Positions 7,958 to 16,491 of a DNA stretch of 42,411 nt are shown here, piece by piece (position 1 is the stretch's first letter; every line of letters begins with the position of its first letter). The notes beneath the pieces are model-generated. The model was not told the origin of the DNA, searched no databases, and saw only the letters and a list, made by a program, of their open reading frames with translations. Source of the stretch: Acidimicrobiia bacterium (GTDB lineage: Bacteria; Actinomycetota; Acidimicrobiia; Spongiisociales; UBA4744); NCBI GenBank assembly GCA_024763085.1, contig JANTGE010000002.1, positions 1 through 42,411 on the forward strand, given 5' to 3'. The translations under genes were made by a program, and so were the position numbers.

Positions 7958-9682
7958 TCAGCGCGTCGCGCAGGCGGCAACCTGCCGAAGGACGACGGCA
8001 TTGCCATCGGTGAAGAACGGGTCCCCCGCCGCGTTCGTACCGAGCGTCGGAGGGGCTACCCGCATCACGCCGGAGCGCGCAAGCAGGCCGGTGCCTGCGA
8101 ACTCGTCGGCGATGAGGTCACGTTCGACGTCGATTGCTGGTTTGATGTGGTGCGTCGGGAAGAGCGTCCGCACGTTCCATTCAACGCGATCATCGGTCGA
8201 CGCCGTTGCGACCCATATGGGGCAACCGTCACTGAGGATGATTGGAAGCCTCCAGAAGCGCGCATGGTGACGGGCACGGATGCCGCCGGCACCGTCTGAG
8301 ACCGGTTTTTCGATGGCGATGTCCTGCATGCGTGTCCCGAGGAACGACGGGGTCACCGGCGCTGTGGGATCTTGTGTCCCGGCGACCGCTGCCCGGGTCG
8401 TCTTCAGCAGGCGGGGAAGCGTGTTCTTGTCGGCAATGCTCCAGCCGGCCGATGCGACAGTGGTGCGCAGGTTGCTTTCGGTACCGACAACGATGAGACC
8501 GGTCGGCTCCATGGGCCTTCCAAGCAAAGTGACGCTGAAGAGATCCTGTCCTTGCAGTGCGGCTGCAGGATCAACCGAAGCGACTTGGGTTGGTACGAGT
8601 TCAGACTCTGCCGGTGGAGGCAGCGAAGGCCCGAAGAGGGCGAACACCATGATCGCTACGGCACCGGCGGCGACGCCTCCGTAGAGGGTGCCGGTACGAA
8701 CCGCCTGTTGCTGCCGATGTCGAAGTGAGAGATCCACCGCGGCTACGGTTGCGGTCGCCACGATCGCCACCAGCCAGCCGGCCACCACATCTGACGCCCA
8801 ATGAACGGTGAGGTAGGCGCGGCTGTAGCCGACGAGCAGTGCCCAGGGCACGGCGACCAAAGCGACGGTTGTCCATCGCCGACGGTCTAGGTGCCATACG
8901 AGAAGGCAGATTCCGAGGGCGAGGGCCAGAGAAGCCGCCGCGTGGCCACTCGGCCAACTGAACGAGCCGACGGCCGCTTGGCCGAACGGCGGTCGGGCGC
9001 GGTGTACGAGGAGCTTGAGAACTTCGACGATCGAGGCGCTCAAGGCCACGGTCGACACGAGGACGAGCGCTCCTCGTCTGGACCTGGTGATCAACGCTCC
9101 CATGGTGATAGCCGCTACGGCGAGCGTCATCGGGACCGGCCTGGCACCGGCACTCAGTGCCACCATCACCGCTCGTTCGACGGGAACGCTCAGACGCTGA
9201 GCCATGTCGGCGAAACGCTGATCGAACCCGACCGCGGGCGAGCCTGTGATCGAAATGAGGCGGTGAAGCCGCCACAGGAGAACACCGGCCAGGACCGCCG
9301 CAGCCAGTGCCGTTGTTCGGCCGATCCCTGTGGCGTCGAGGCGCAACCACGCATTGAGTCGCCGCAAGACGCGATCGACAGGCTCGAGCCGGCGGTGGAT
9401 CTGTGACCATCGTTCTGCCAGGTCGCGGACCGCCGCATCCTCGGCCATGCCTTGCCATGCGAGCCTGCCGAGGCGGCGTCCCATATGGACTCCCGGAGCG
9501 AGCAGATCCATGATGACGACGCGAAGACCGACCAGGACGGTGATCGCCAGCCACACGGCAAGTACGAGCGCTACTGCGGGAAGGGCGAGCAGGTCCCCGG
9601 TGTGGAGCAGCGGCGGCGTGACCACGGCCAGCAGAACGAGAACCAGGAGTCCGCGCAGGGGCAGTCGCCGGCTGTGGCTCAA
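7958..9682 (-). CDS. PAP2-family phosphatase fused to an LssY-like C-terminal domain
   Basis: PAP2 motifs KLLVHRARP, SWPSGHAA and SRAYLTVHWASDVVAG. The C-terminal segment RARHHARFWRLP...WVATASTDDRVEW...THHIKPAIDVERD resembles LssY_C. Start set at TTG 9682, preceded by GGAGG with a 6-nt spacer. The longer track ORF (to 9895) overlaps the upstream gene. Confidence 0.8.
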   Translation of the reverse strand: MSHSRRLPLRGLLVLVLLAVVTPPLLHTGDLLALPAVALVLAVWLAITVLVGLRVVIMDLLAPGVHMGRRLGRLAWQGMAEDAAVRDLAERWSQIHRRLEPVDRVLRRLNAWLRLDATGIGRTTALAAAVLAGVLLWRLHRLISITGSPAVGFDQRFADMAQRLSVPVERAVMVALSAGARPVPMTLAVAAITMGALITRSRRGALVLVSTVALSASIVEVLKLLVHRARPPFGQAAVGSFSWPSGHAAASLALALGICLLVWHLDRRRWTTVALVAVPWALLVGYSRAYLTVHWASDVVAGWLVAIVATATVAAVDLSLRHRQQQAVRTGTLYGGVAAGAVAIMVFALFGPSLPPPAESELVPTQVASVDPAAALQGQDLFSVTLLGRPMEPTGLIVVGTESNLRTTVASAGWSIADKNTLPRLLKTTRAAVAGTQDPTAPVTPSFLGTRMQDIAIEKPVSDGAGGIRARHHARFWRLPIILSDGCPIWVATASTDDRVEWNVRTLFPTHHIKPAIDVERDLIADEFAGTGLLARSGVMRVAPPTLGTNAAGDPFFTDGNAVVLRQVAACATR

Positions 9683-9728
9683 GGCAGGCCTCCGTCGGGT
9701 CGGAGTCGCGAGCGTCGACGTCGAGGCC

Positions 9729-11057
9729 TCACGGGTCTTTCTTTTTCCGTAGACGCCGGGCCGTCCCCATCGCGGCAATGCTATCGAACGCCAGTCCGAC
9801 GAGCAGCGCCCACGCGACGCCGACGGCAAGGCCTGCCGTAACGTCGCTCGGGTACTCCAGCAAGAGGACGATCCGGGCGGTGGTAACGAGCACAATCAGC
9901 ATGGCTGCCGCACCGACACGCTGGACTCCGACACGCCATCGTGGCCTGCTCCAAGGCCAAGCAAGAATGACGGCGAGCGCGGTGAATGCGGCGACATGCT
10001 CAGATGGAAACCCATAGTCGATCCTCGGGGCGAGTGGCGCAAACGCCGGCGGCTGCCGCTGAATGAGCTGCTCTGCAACCTCGGAGATAGCCAACTGGCC
10101 GACCATCACTGTGGCAACTGCCCAGGCGATTCGCCCTCTTCGTCGAAAGGCAGCGATGACGACGATTGCTAGAGCGCCCGCAAACACCCACAGCGGTTCG
10201 GTCGCGGCGTTGATGAGCCGTGACAGAGTGACCAGCGGCGGGATCGGGTGCTGCTCGATGTAGCGCAATACCGCCTTGTCGAGCAGGAAGAATTCGTCTC
10301 TTCCAAGAACGTCTTGCACGGTGGTGGCGAACAGCCACAGCGCACCGGTAGCCCCCGCTCCTGCAATGAGAAGGGTTCGAACTGGGGCTGCGGCCCGGGT
10401 GTGGCGGACTATGAAAGTGACCACTCGGAGGTCCAGCAGCGGCCGTATCCGCCTGACAACAGCCTGGCGGTTTCGAGAAGCCCACCTCGTTGACCAGACG
10501 AGCCCGACGATGACAGCGATGAGGCCTGCCAGTACGAGACCGCCTGTCTGCAGCCAGTGCTCAACTCGTTTGTAGTTGGCTCCCGCCGTGTAGCCGGCCA
10601 GCGTGAACGTCAGTCCCCACGCTATTCCGCCGATGACGTTGCCGAGAAGAAAACGCCCGTATGGCATGTGGATGGACCCTGCGGCGAAGGGGACGGCAGC
10701 CCGCAGCACCGAAGTGAAGCGGGCGATGGCAATGGCCAGCCAGTCACGTTTCGCGATGAAGCGTTTGGCAGACCCAAGGTGCCTGGCAAGTCCTGCCATC
10801 CGACGCTTTTCCAGCAACGCCGCTCCTGCCTTTGCCCCAAGGAAGTAGCCGATGGAGTCTCCCAAGATCGCGCCCACGACCGCGACGGCAGCCATCAGCC
10901 ACAGAGGGACGAGGCCGGTTGCGGCGACCACGCCGCCAAGGATCACCGCGACCTCTCCTGGCAACAGCAGGCCCAGGAATGCAGCGCTCTCACCGGTAGC
11001 CAGGAGGAAGACGGCTACCGGAGCCAGGGGGCCAAGCGATTTGAGGAAATCGAGCAC
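9729..11057 (-). CDS. Bifunctional DedA-family (VTT/SNARE-associated) / PAP2 phosphatase fusion protein
   Basis: The N-terminus (FLLATGESAAFLGLLLPGEVAVILGGVVAA...GDSIGYFLG) is a DedA signature. The C-terminal third has PAP2-like FPSEHVAAF and EYPSDVTAGLAVG. GTG start. Confidence 0.85.
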   Translation of the reverse strand: MLDFLKSLGPLAPVAVFLLATGESAAFLGLLLPGEVAVILGGVVAATGLVPLWLMAAVAVVGAILGDSIGYFLGAKAGAALLEKRRMAGLARHLGSAKRFIAKRDWLAIAIARFTSVLRAAVPFAAGSIHMPYGRFLLGNVIGGIAWGLTFTLAGYTAGANYKRVEHWLQTGGLVLAGLIAVIVGLVWSTRWASRNRQAVVRRIRPLLDLRVVTFIVRHTRAAAPVRTLLIAGAGATGALWLFATTVQDVLGRDEFFLLDKAVLRYIEQHPIPPLVTLSRLINAATEPLWVFAGALAIVVIAAFRRRGRIAWAVATVMVGQLAISEVAEQLIQRQPPAFAPLAPRIDYGFPSEHVAAFTALAVILAWPWSRPRWRVGVQRVGAAAMLIVLVTTARIVLLLEYPSDVTAGLAVGVAWALLVGLAFDSIAAMGTARRLRKKKDP

Positions 11058-11163
11058 TCAATCACCGTGGGGTAGGAGAGCTTGGGGCCAGGACTCGGCT
11101 CGCGTCAAGGTCGGCCCGGGACGGTAGCAGAAGCGCCGCAAGGCGTGGGTCGCCCATGACCGG

Positions 11164-12411
11164 TCACCCCTGAGTGCGGAGGGCGGCAACGGGTTCCATG
11201 CGCGTCGCCCGCCAGGCCGGATAGGTACCCGAAAGCAGGCCGATGACAGCGCCGCCAACGGGAGCAAGAAGCGGAGTCAGGGGGTCCAGCACCGGCGTCC
11301 AGCCGCGGAGCGCGGAGACCCCGACGACCACGACCGACCCGAGGCTCGCCCCGATGATGCCGCCAAGGAGCCCCATCGCCGTACTTTCGAGAAGGAACTG
11401 CAGCGCGATGTGGAACCGGGTCGCTCCGATCGCCCGTCGCAGGCCGATTTCGCTTGTCCGTTCGATCACCGACACGAGGGTCACGTTGGCGATCCCGATG
11501 GCTCCAACGACGAGCGAGACACCCCCAAGCAGCAGGAAGAGGGCGTTGAGATCGTTGGCCACCGCGTCCCTGACTCGCTTCGGTTCGGGCGGAGAGGCGA
11601 CCTTCAACGCAGCGATGTTGTCCGGGCGCAGGGCAAGCGGTGCCTGTTTGGCGACCAGGCTTGCAGCGCCGATCTGCGTTTCGACGACGACCGTCTCCGG
11701 AGAAGCGATCTGATAGTCGGCTCGAGCCGTTCCCTCGGGGATGATGATGGCTCCCATCAGATCCGGGAACCGGCCGACGCTGTCAAGGATGCCGACGATG
11801 AGAAACAGGTCGTCGCCGATACGAAGCGCCGGCATCTGATTCACCGTGGTGATGCCAAGACGGAGCGCCGCCCCAGATCCGAGAACCGCGACGCGGTCTG
11901 CGCGCAGGCTGTTCCCTCTGTCGAAGAAACGACCTGTCGACAGCTTCGCTCTCACTGCTCTGAAGAGGTCGGGCGATGCAGCTTGCACCGGGAGGTCGAA
12001 CTCCGTCTGATGAGAGGGATCGCTGATCGGAGACGTGCTGATCAGCGCCCCATTTGTGTCGACATAGGTGAGATCGCCGGCTGCAACAACGCCGTTCAGC
12101 CGTTCCATGCGTGCAGGTGCGTCCCACGGAAGCCACTCCTGGGTCGAGCCGTCGCCGGCCGCTTTCGTCGTGATGATGATCTCTGTTGCCGCGAGTTCGT
12201 CGAATCGCCCGAGGATGCGGTTCCCGGTCGTCCTGGCAAGTCCGAGCGTCGCTACGAGCGCGGCAATGCCGATGACAGTGCCCGAGACCGTGAGCACCAT
12301 CCGTCCCGGGCGAGCGAACAGTCCGGCGGACGCCTCGTCGGCAAGATCGACCGGAGTGATCCCAGAGAGGGGCACTTTCGATGTTCGACGCCCCGAACGC
12401 AGCAGTTTCAT
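11164..12411 (-). CDS. ABC transporter permease, MacB/FtsX type (N-terminal TM, extracytoplasmic core domain, C-terminal FtsX 3-TM bundle)
   Basis: 415 aa. Contains ARPGRMVLTVSGTVIGIAALVATLG, then a ~230-aa soluble domain, then RTSEIGLRRAIGATRFHIALQFLLES typical of FtsX/MacB permeases. Overlaps the ATPase stop by 4 nt. Confidence 0.9.
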   Translation of the reverse strand: MKLLRSGRRTSKVPLSGITPVDLADEASAGLFARPGRMVLTVSGTVIGIAALVATLGLARTTGNRILGRFDELAATEIIITTKAAGDGSTQEWLPWDAPARMERLNGVVAAGDLTYVDTNGALISTSPISDPSHQTEFDLPVQAASPDLFRAVRAKLSTGRFFDRGNSLRADRVAVLGSGAALRLGITTVNQMPALRIGDDLFLIVGILDSVGRFPDLMGAIIIPEGTARADYQIASPETVVVETQIGAASLVAKQAPLALRPDNIAALKVASPPEPKRVRDAVANDLNALFLLLGGVSLVVGAIGIANVTLVSVIERTSEIGLRRAIGATRFHIALQFLLESTAMGLLGGIIGASLGSVVVVGVSALRGWTPVLDPLTPLLAPVGGAVIGLLSGTYPAWRATRMEPVAALRTQG

Positions 12412-13094
12412 CGAACCTCCTCGAGCCGACCATCGCGGAGGTGAATCCGCCGGTGCGCCCGCCGCGCAACCTCCGGATCGTGCGTAATCATCACGATGGT
12501 CAGGCCCTCACCGTGAAGGCCGTCGAAGAGATCGAGTATCCGTGCGGATGTCGCCGAATCGAGATTGCCGGTCGGCTCATCGGCGAGCAGAAGCCCGGGC
12601 GAACCGAGGAGCGCCCGGGCGATTGCCACCCGCTGCTGTTCGCCTCCTGAAAGGTGCATTGGGAGAAAGTCGGAGCGCGGCGTCAGTCCGACGCGGTCCA
12701 GCGCAGCGAGTGCTCGCTCCTTTCGGCCGCCGCGCGAGTGGCGCCGGTACACCTCGGCCATCATCACGTTCTCGAGGACCGTTCGGTACCGCAGCAGATG
12801 GAACGACTGGAAGACGAATCCGATCCGACGACTCCGAAGACCGGTGCGTTCACGGTCGGTGAGGTCGGAGACATCGATGCCTTCGAACCAGTAGGTTCCG
12901 CTTGTCGGGCTGTCGAGGCATCCCACAACGTTGAGGAGCGTCGATTTCCCTGACCCTGATGGCCCTTCAACCGCCATCCAGTCCCCGGCAGCGATTGAGA
13001 GATCGACATCGACAAGTGCGTTGACCGGGGGGTCGGTCGGGTAGACGCGGCCAACCCCTTCCAGCGCCACTACAGCGTGCGATGCGTCAGGCAC
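12408..13094 (-). CDS. ABC transporter ATP-binding protein (MacB/LolD-like)
   Basis: Walker A GPSGSGKST, signature LSGGEQQRVAIARAL, Walker B LLLADEPTGNLD, H-loop ITHD. Start set at GTG 13094 (GGGGAGG, 7-nt spacer), overlapping the adaptor stop by 8 nt. Confidence 0.95.
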   Translation of the reverse strand: MPDASHAVVALEGVGRVYPTDPPVNALVDVDLSIAAGDWMAVEGPSGSGKSTLLNVVGCLDSPTSGTYWFEGIDVSDLTDRERTGLRSRRIGFVFQSFHLLRYRTVLENVMMAEVYRRHSRGGRKERALAALDRVGLTPRSDFLPMHLSGGEQQRVAIARALLGSPGLLLADEPTGNLDSATSARILDLFDGLHGEGLTIVMITHDPEVARRAHRRIHLRDGRLEEVR

Positions 13095-15168
13095 CGGGAG
13101 GCCTCCCCTGATCGAATCCGATGACCACGAGGTCCCCGGCGGCGATCGATCCGTTGACAGGGGTGATGGCCACGTACCCCGATGCCGACAAGCCTGGCTC
13201 CACGGTGACGTACTCGAGAGCCCCCTGACTTTGCACCTGAACCCGTGAGGTTCCGTCCGCCGCAAGTACGACTGCGCTCAGAGGTACGGCAAGGATCTTT
13301 CCTCCGGTGGACTCGATGGGAATGGTCAGGCGAACGGATGCCCCGACGATCGACGCAGGCGCTTCATCGACCCGTATCTTGGCGTACACGTGGTAGCCGT
13401 CGACACCGTTGGTGCCTGGTGCATCTGCGATCTGGTCGATGGTGCCCGTCCCTTTGATCCCCAGGCTCGGCTCGTCGATCTGTACCGGCATACCTGTGTG
13501 CACCAGAGGAACTTCTTCGAGGCGGAGCGAGGTATCGACCACCAGCTGGAGTTGTGTAGCCGTGAAGATAGGCCCTGCCAACGGTTCGCCCACTGCGGCA
13601 CTGAGTGACTCCACTCGTACGGGGAGGATCGGAAGGAAGATCACTTCGTCGGCGGGAACCTGGGTTCCGGCTGCAGTCTGGGCACCTGCCAGGTCGCTCT
13701 CACGCTGCGCAAGGAGTGTCTCTTCGAGGGAGAACAACTTCTTGGCGTTGCCGAGCGTGCGGCTTGCCGACGATACCAACGCCGCCGCGGCGGTTCTGTC
13801 TGCCGCTTTCGTCGTGACCGCATCCTGCGCCTTCCGCACGGAGATTTCGCCGGCAGTGCGGGTTGCCTCGGCAGCCGCTTTGGCTGCAGCGAGGTCTGAT
13901 TCGGCCTTCGCGAGGGCTTCCGCGCGTTTCGCCGGATCGTCGTAAGCGGCGCGCAGCGCGAGCGCGTCTGCCAGCTCTGTCTCAGCCTGAGCTACGTCGC
14001 GGTTCGCGGCGTCGCGGTCGCGGACCGCCGCCGCGTGGGCATCGATCGCGGCCTGGACCGCTGCCTGTCCAGACGCGCGAGTAGCGCTCGCGGCGAGTTC
14101 GGCCAGATGCACCGCCGTGTCCGCCGCCGACTTCTGGTCCGGTGTCGAAGTCGGATCGGCGTAGATGGCGTCGCGCTCGGCAGTCCTCGCTGCAACTTCG
14201 GCCGTCGCCGCCGCATCGGCTGCCGCCGCTTCTGCCTTTGCCACGTCGATGGCCTGCAGTGCGGTGGCTTCGGCTTCCGCGGCAGTCAGCGCCTTGGCAC
14301 GAGCCGTGGCCAGGGCTGATTGGGCAGCCTGTACCGCTCGGTCTGCGGCGAGGCGGTCCGCGTCGTTTGCTGTGCCACTGAGGAGTCGATCTCGGGTGGC
14401 TTGCTTCGCGGCGACCTCTTTGGCGGCGGCATCATTCGCGGCCGCTGCTTCTGCCTGAGCCAACTGAAGCTCTAGAGCTGCCGTGGAGGCTGCCGCTTCC
14501 GCGGCCGACCTGGCTGCTTGTGCTGCTGCGACGTCCGCGCGGGCAGCGGCTACCGCATCATCGGCCGACAATCGGTCCCGTTGGGTGGAGACCATGTCCT
14601 GCTGCATTGCTCGGATCGTCTTGAGCTGCTCTGCCGTGGCTTCAAACGGCTGCCAGCCGGAGGCTTGGTACCAGGCTGCCACGGCGGCCTCGGTCTGCTG
14701 GTCGTAGAGACCGTCGACTGGGCCCGGCTGGAAGCCCAGACGCGCGAGAGCCTCCTCGAGCTGCCGGACGTCACTGCCTTGTGCCCCAGGGCCGAGATCC
14801 CGGTACATCGGCTCCGCGCCCTGGAGGACCAACACCGGTCGCCCCGACGCTGCAGCAGCGAGCGATCCCTCGGTCAGCTGGTCCTGGACGGCTGGCAGCC
14901 GTGTGACGATCTGAGGGTCGACCTTGAGTGTCGAAGCGGCGACTGCCACCGCCTGAGGGGCGACAAACCGCGCGGTACCTCGGGTGATGATGTCCGTTTG
15001 GAGCAGCCGCATCTCGGCCGGCACCAGGATTGGCGACGGCTCCGGCGGCGCGGTTCGTGCTGCCACCTCGGCCGGCGACTGGATCCGAGCTCCTGCAGCG
15101 TAACCGCCGAGAGACGCGAGCACGCTCGCTGCAACCACGATGACTGCAACCTGCCGACGTGACCTCAT
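13087..15168 (-). CDS. Membrane-anchored HlyD-like periplasmic adaptor with PG_binding_1 domain and very long Ala-rich coiled coil
   Basis: N-terminal TM (VAVIVVAASVLASLGGYAAG). Peptidoglycan-binding block SDVRQLEEALARLGFQPGPVDGLYDQQTEAAVAAWYQ. About 320 aa of A/E/D/R-rich helix, and a C-terminal beta-barrel/MPD-like region. ATG 15168 forms an ATGA overlap with the upstream stop. Confidence 0.8.
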   Translation of the reverse strand: MRSRRQVAVIVVAASVLASLGGYAAGARIQSPAEVAARTAPPEPSPILVPAEMRLLQTDIITRGTARFVAPQAVAVAASTLKVDPQIVTRLPAVQDQLTEGSLAAAASGRPVLVLQGAEPMYRDLGPGAQGSDVRQLEEALARLGFQPGPVDGLYDQQTEAAVAAWYQASGWQPFEATAEQLKTIRAMQQDMVSTQRDRLSADDAVAAARADVAAAQAARSAAEAAASTAALELQLAQAEAAAANDAAAKEVAAKQATRDRLLSGTANDADRLAADRAVQAAQSALATARAKALTAAEAEATALQAIDVAKAEAAAADAAATAEVAARTAERDAIYADPTSTPDQKSAADTAVHLAELAASATRASGQAAVQAAIDAHAAAVRDRDAANRDVAQAETELADALALRAAYDDPAKRAEALAKAESDLAAAKAAAEATRTAGEISVRKAQDAVTTKAADRTAAAALVSSASRTLGNAKKLFSLEETLLAQRESDLAGAQTAAGTQVPADEVIFLPILPVRVESLSAAVGEPLAGPIFTATQLQLVVDTSLRLEEVPLVHTGMPVQIDEPSLGIKGTGTIDQIADAPGTNGVDGYHVYAKIRVDEAPASIVGASVRLTIPIESTGGKILAVPLSAVVLAADGTSRVQVQSQGALEYVTVEPGLSASGYVAITPVNGSIAAGDLVVIGFDQGRPPGA

Positions 15169-16262
15169 TTGTTCGCGTCCGGTCCCAGCAGTTCCGTTTC
15201 GACTTGCTTCTTGATCGCGTCGACGAACTGGACTGAGCATTCGTGGTCCGTCGCCGCAAGGGCGAGTTCCTCGGCCTGGAGTTGTTTGAGCGCATTCTGC
15301 GCATCGGCCGAGAGCGTCGCGGGATCAGAGCCTCCGGTGATGTCGTGCAGCCTGGTGGCAAGATCGGCCTTGATCTCGTCGGGATGGTTGTAGTTGTACC
15401 CCTTCTTCCGCATGCACCCTGCCCAGTCCTTGTAGGCAGCGATGATTCTCGGATCCTGATCGATAGCCACTCCGGCAGCGTTCTGGTAGTTCACGAAGCT
15501 GGCGCCGAGCTGGTCCGGTGCGAACACTTGCGCCACGGCGAATCTCGTGCACCCACCGGTCGGGGCGAAGTTCTCGCTGTCGAGGCTGACGGCGAACGTC
15601 GCTTCCGTGTTCTCGCCGTACAGGGTTCGATCGTAGGCAACTCGGTCCGCGGGAAGAAGCGAGTCCCGGTAAGCCAGGTTCTGCTGTCCAGCACCGATGA
15701 CCGCCTGCGAGTCGGGACCGGCATACAGTGTGGTGATGCCGTAGCCGTACTGGGCGCGGAACTCGTCGCTGCTGAGACCCGACGGCTTGCTGTTGCTGTC
15801 CATCGCCTTGCGGATCGTTGCATAGTCGACCGGGTAGTACTCGAACCCGGCGTTGTTCATGCAGCATGCGATGAGCGACTCGACGGCTTCGACCCTCGCC
15901 ACGATAGTTTCGGCCTTTAGGCCAAACTCTTCTTCGCCTCTGGAGTTGTCCTTTGCCGCGGGACTGAGGTCTACCGTGCAGCCGGCACCGAGTGCAGCCA
16001 GTTGAGGCGCAAGTGTCGTCGTGGTGCCGCTCTCATCCGCACCGGATGAGTTGGCCGGGGGTAGCGTTGTCGTCGCTCCGGTTGTTGTGGTGGCGCCGGC
16101 ACCGGATGGGGCTGCTTGGGACGTCGAGCCTGGAGCGGCGGAGCTGGTGGTTCCCGACGTCGAGCCTCCGAAGCATGCGGCTGCAATGAGAGAGAGCACG
16201 ACGACCAGGGCACCGAGAGCATGTCGATGCAGGGCCGTGCTCTGGCTTGGTGACTTCTCCAC
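15165..16262 (-). CDS. Lipoprotein of unknown function (Thr/Ser/Gly-rich linker, Cys-containing globular domain); first gene of the ABC operon
   Basis: Lipobox LSLIAAAC after a basic n-region when started at GTG 16262. The track's longer start (16379) reads through a non-coding tandem repeat. No recognisable family. Confidence 0.7.
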   Translation of the reverse strand: MEKSPSQSTALHRHALGALVVVLSLIAAACFGGSTSGTTSSAAPGSTSQAAPSGAGATTTTGATTTLPPANSSGADESGTTTTLAPQLAALGAGCTVDLSPAAKDNSRGEEEFGLKAETIVARVEAVESLIACCMNNAGFEYYPVDYATIRKAMDSNSKPSGLSSDEFRAQYGYGITTLYAGPDSQAVIGAGQQNLAYRDSLLPADRVAYDRTLYGENTEATFAVSLDSENFAPTGGCTRFAVAQVFAPDQLGASFVNYQNAAGVAIDQDPRIIAAYKDWAGCMRKKGYNYNHPDEIKADLATRLHDITGGSDPATLSADAQNALKQLQAEELALAATDHECSVQFVDAIKKQVETELLGPDANK

Positions 16263-16413
16263 GGTTTGATCCAACCTTTCGTTGAGGTGTCTGGTTGATG
16301 CAAACGTACCGAGACGTAGGTAAGAGATACCTGAGGAAGGTTTGATCCAACCTTTCGTTGAGGTGTCTGGTTGATGCAAACGACCGAGACGTAAGTAAGG
16401 GATATCTGAGGAA
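16263..16413. repeat. Tandem direct repeat, 2 copies (76 nt + 75 nt), in a divergent intergenic region
   Basis: Copy 1 is 16263-16338 and copy 2 is 16339-16413. The first 44 nt are identical (GGTTTGATCCAACCTTTCGTTGAGGTGTCTGGTTGATGCAAACG). The remaining ~32 nt carry 4 substitutions and 1 indel. The core begins with the near-palindrome GGTTtGATCcAACC. Confidence 0.9.
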
Positions 16414-16491
16414 ACGAACCCTGGAGGGCCACCACCACCCGCCGGCGACTTGCCCTGCGAATGGTCTGGGGGCGCCTAGGCTCACACACCA

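Noticed and set aside
9683-9895. N-terminal extension of the PAP2-LssY ORF (track start 9895)
   Set aside because: It would overlap the upstream DedA-PAP2 gene by 167 nt with an Arg/Ser/Cys-rich peptide. An SD-preceded TTG at 9682 sits just before the first TM helix.
16263-16485. Reading the 76-nt repeats as protein repeats (STRHLNERLDQT appears in two track ORFs) or as a mini-CRISPR
   Set aside because: The period is not divisible by 3 and the copies fall in different frames. There are only two adjacent copies with no spacers, so the region is neither a coding repeat nor a CRISPR array.
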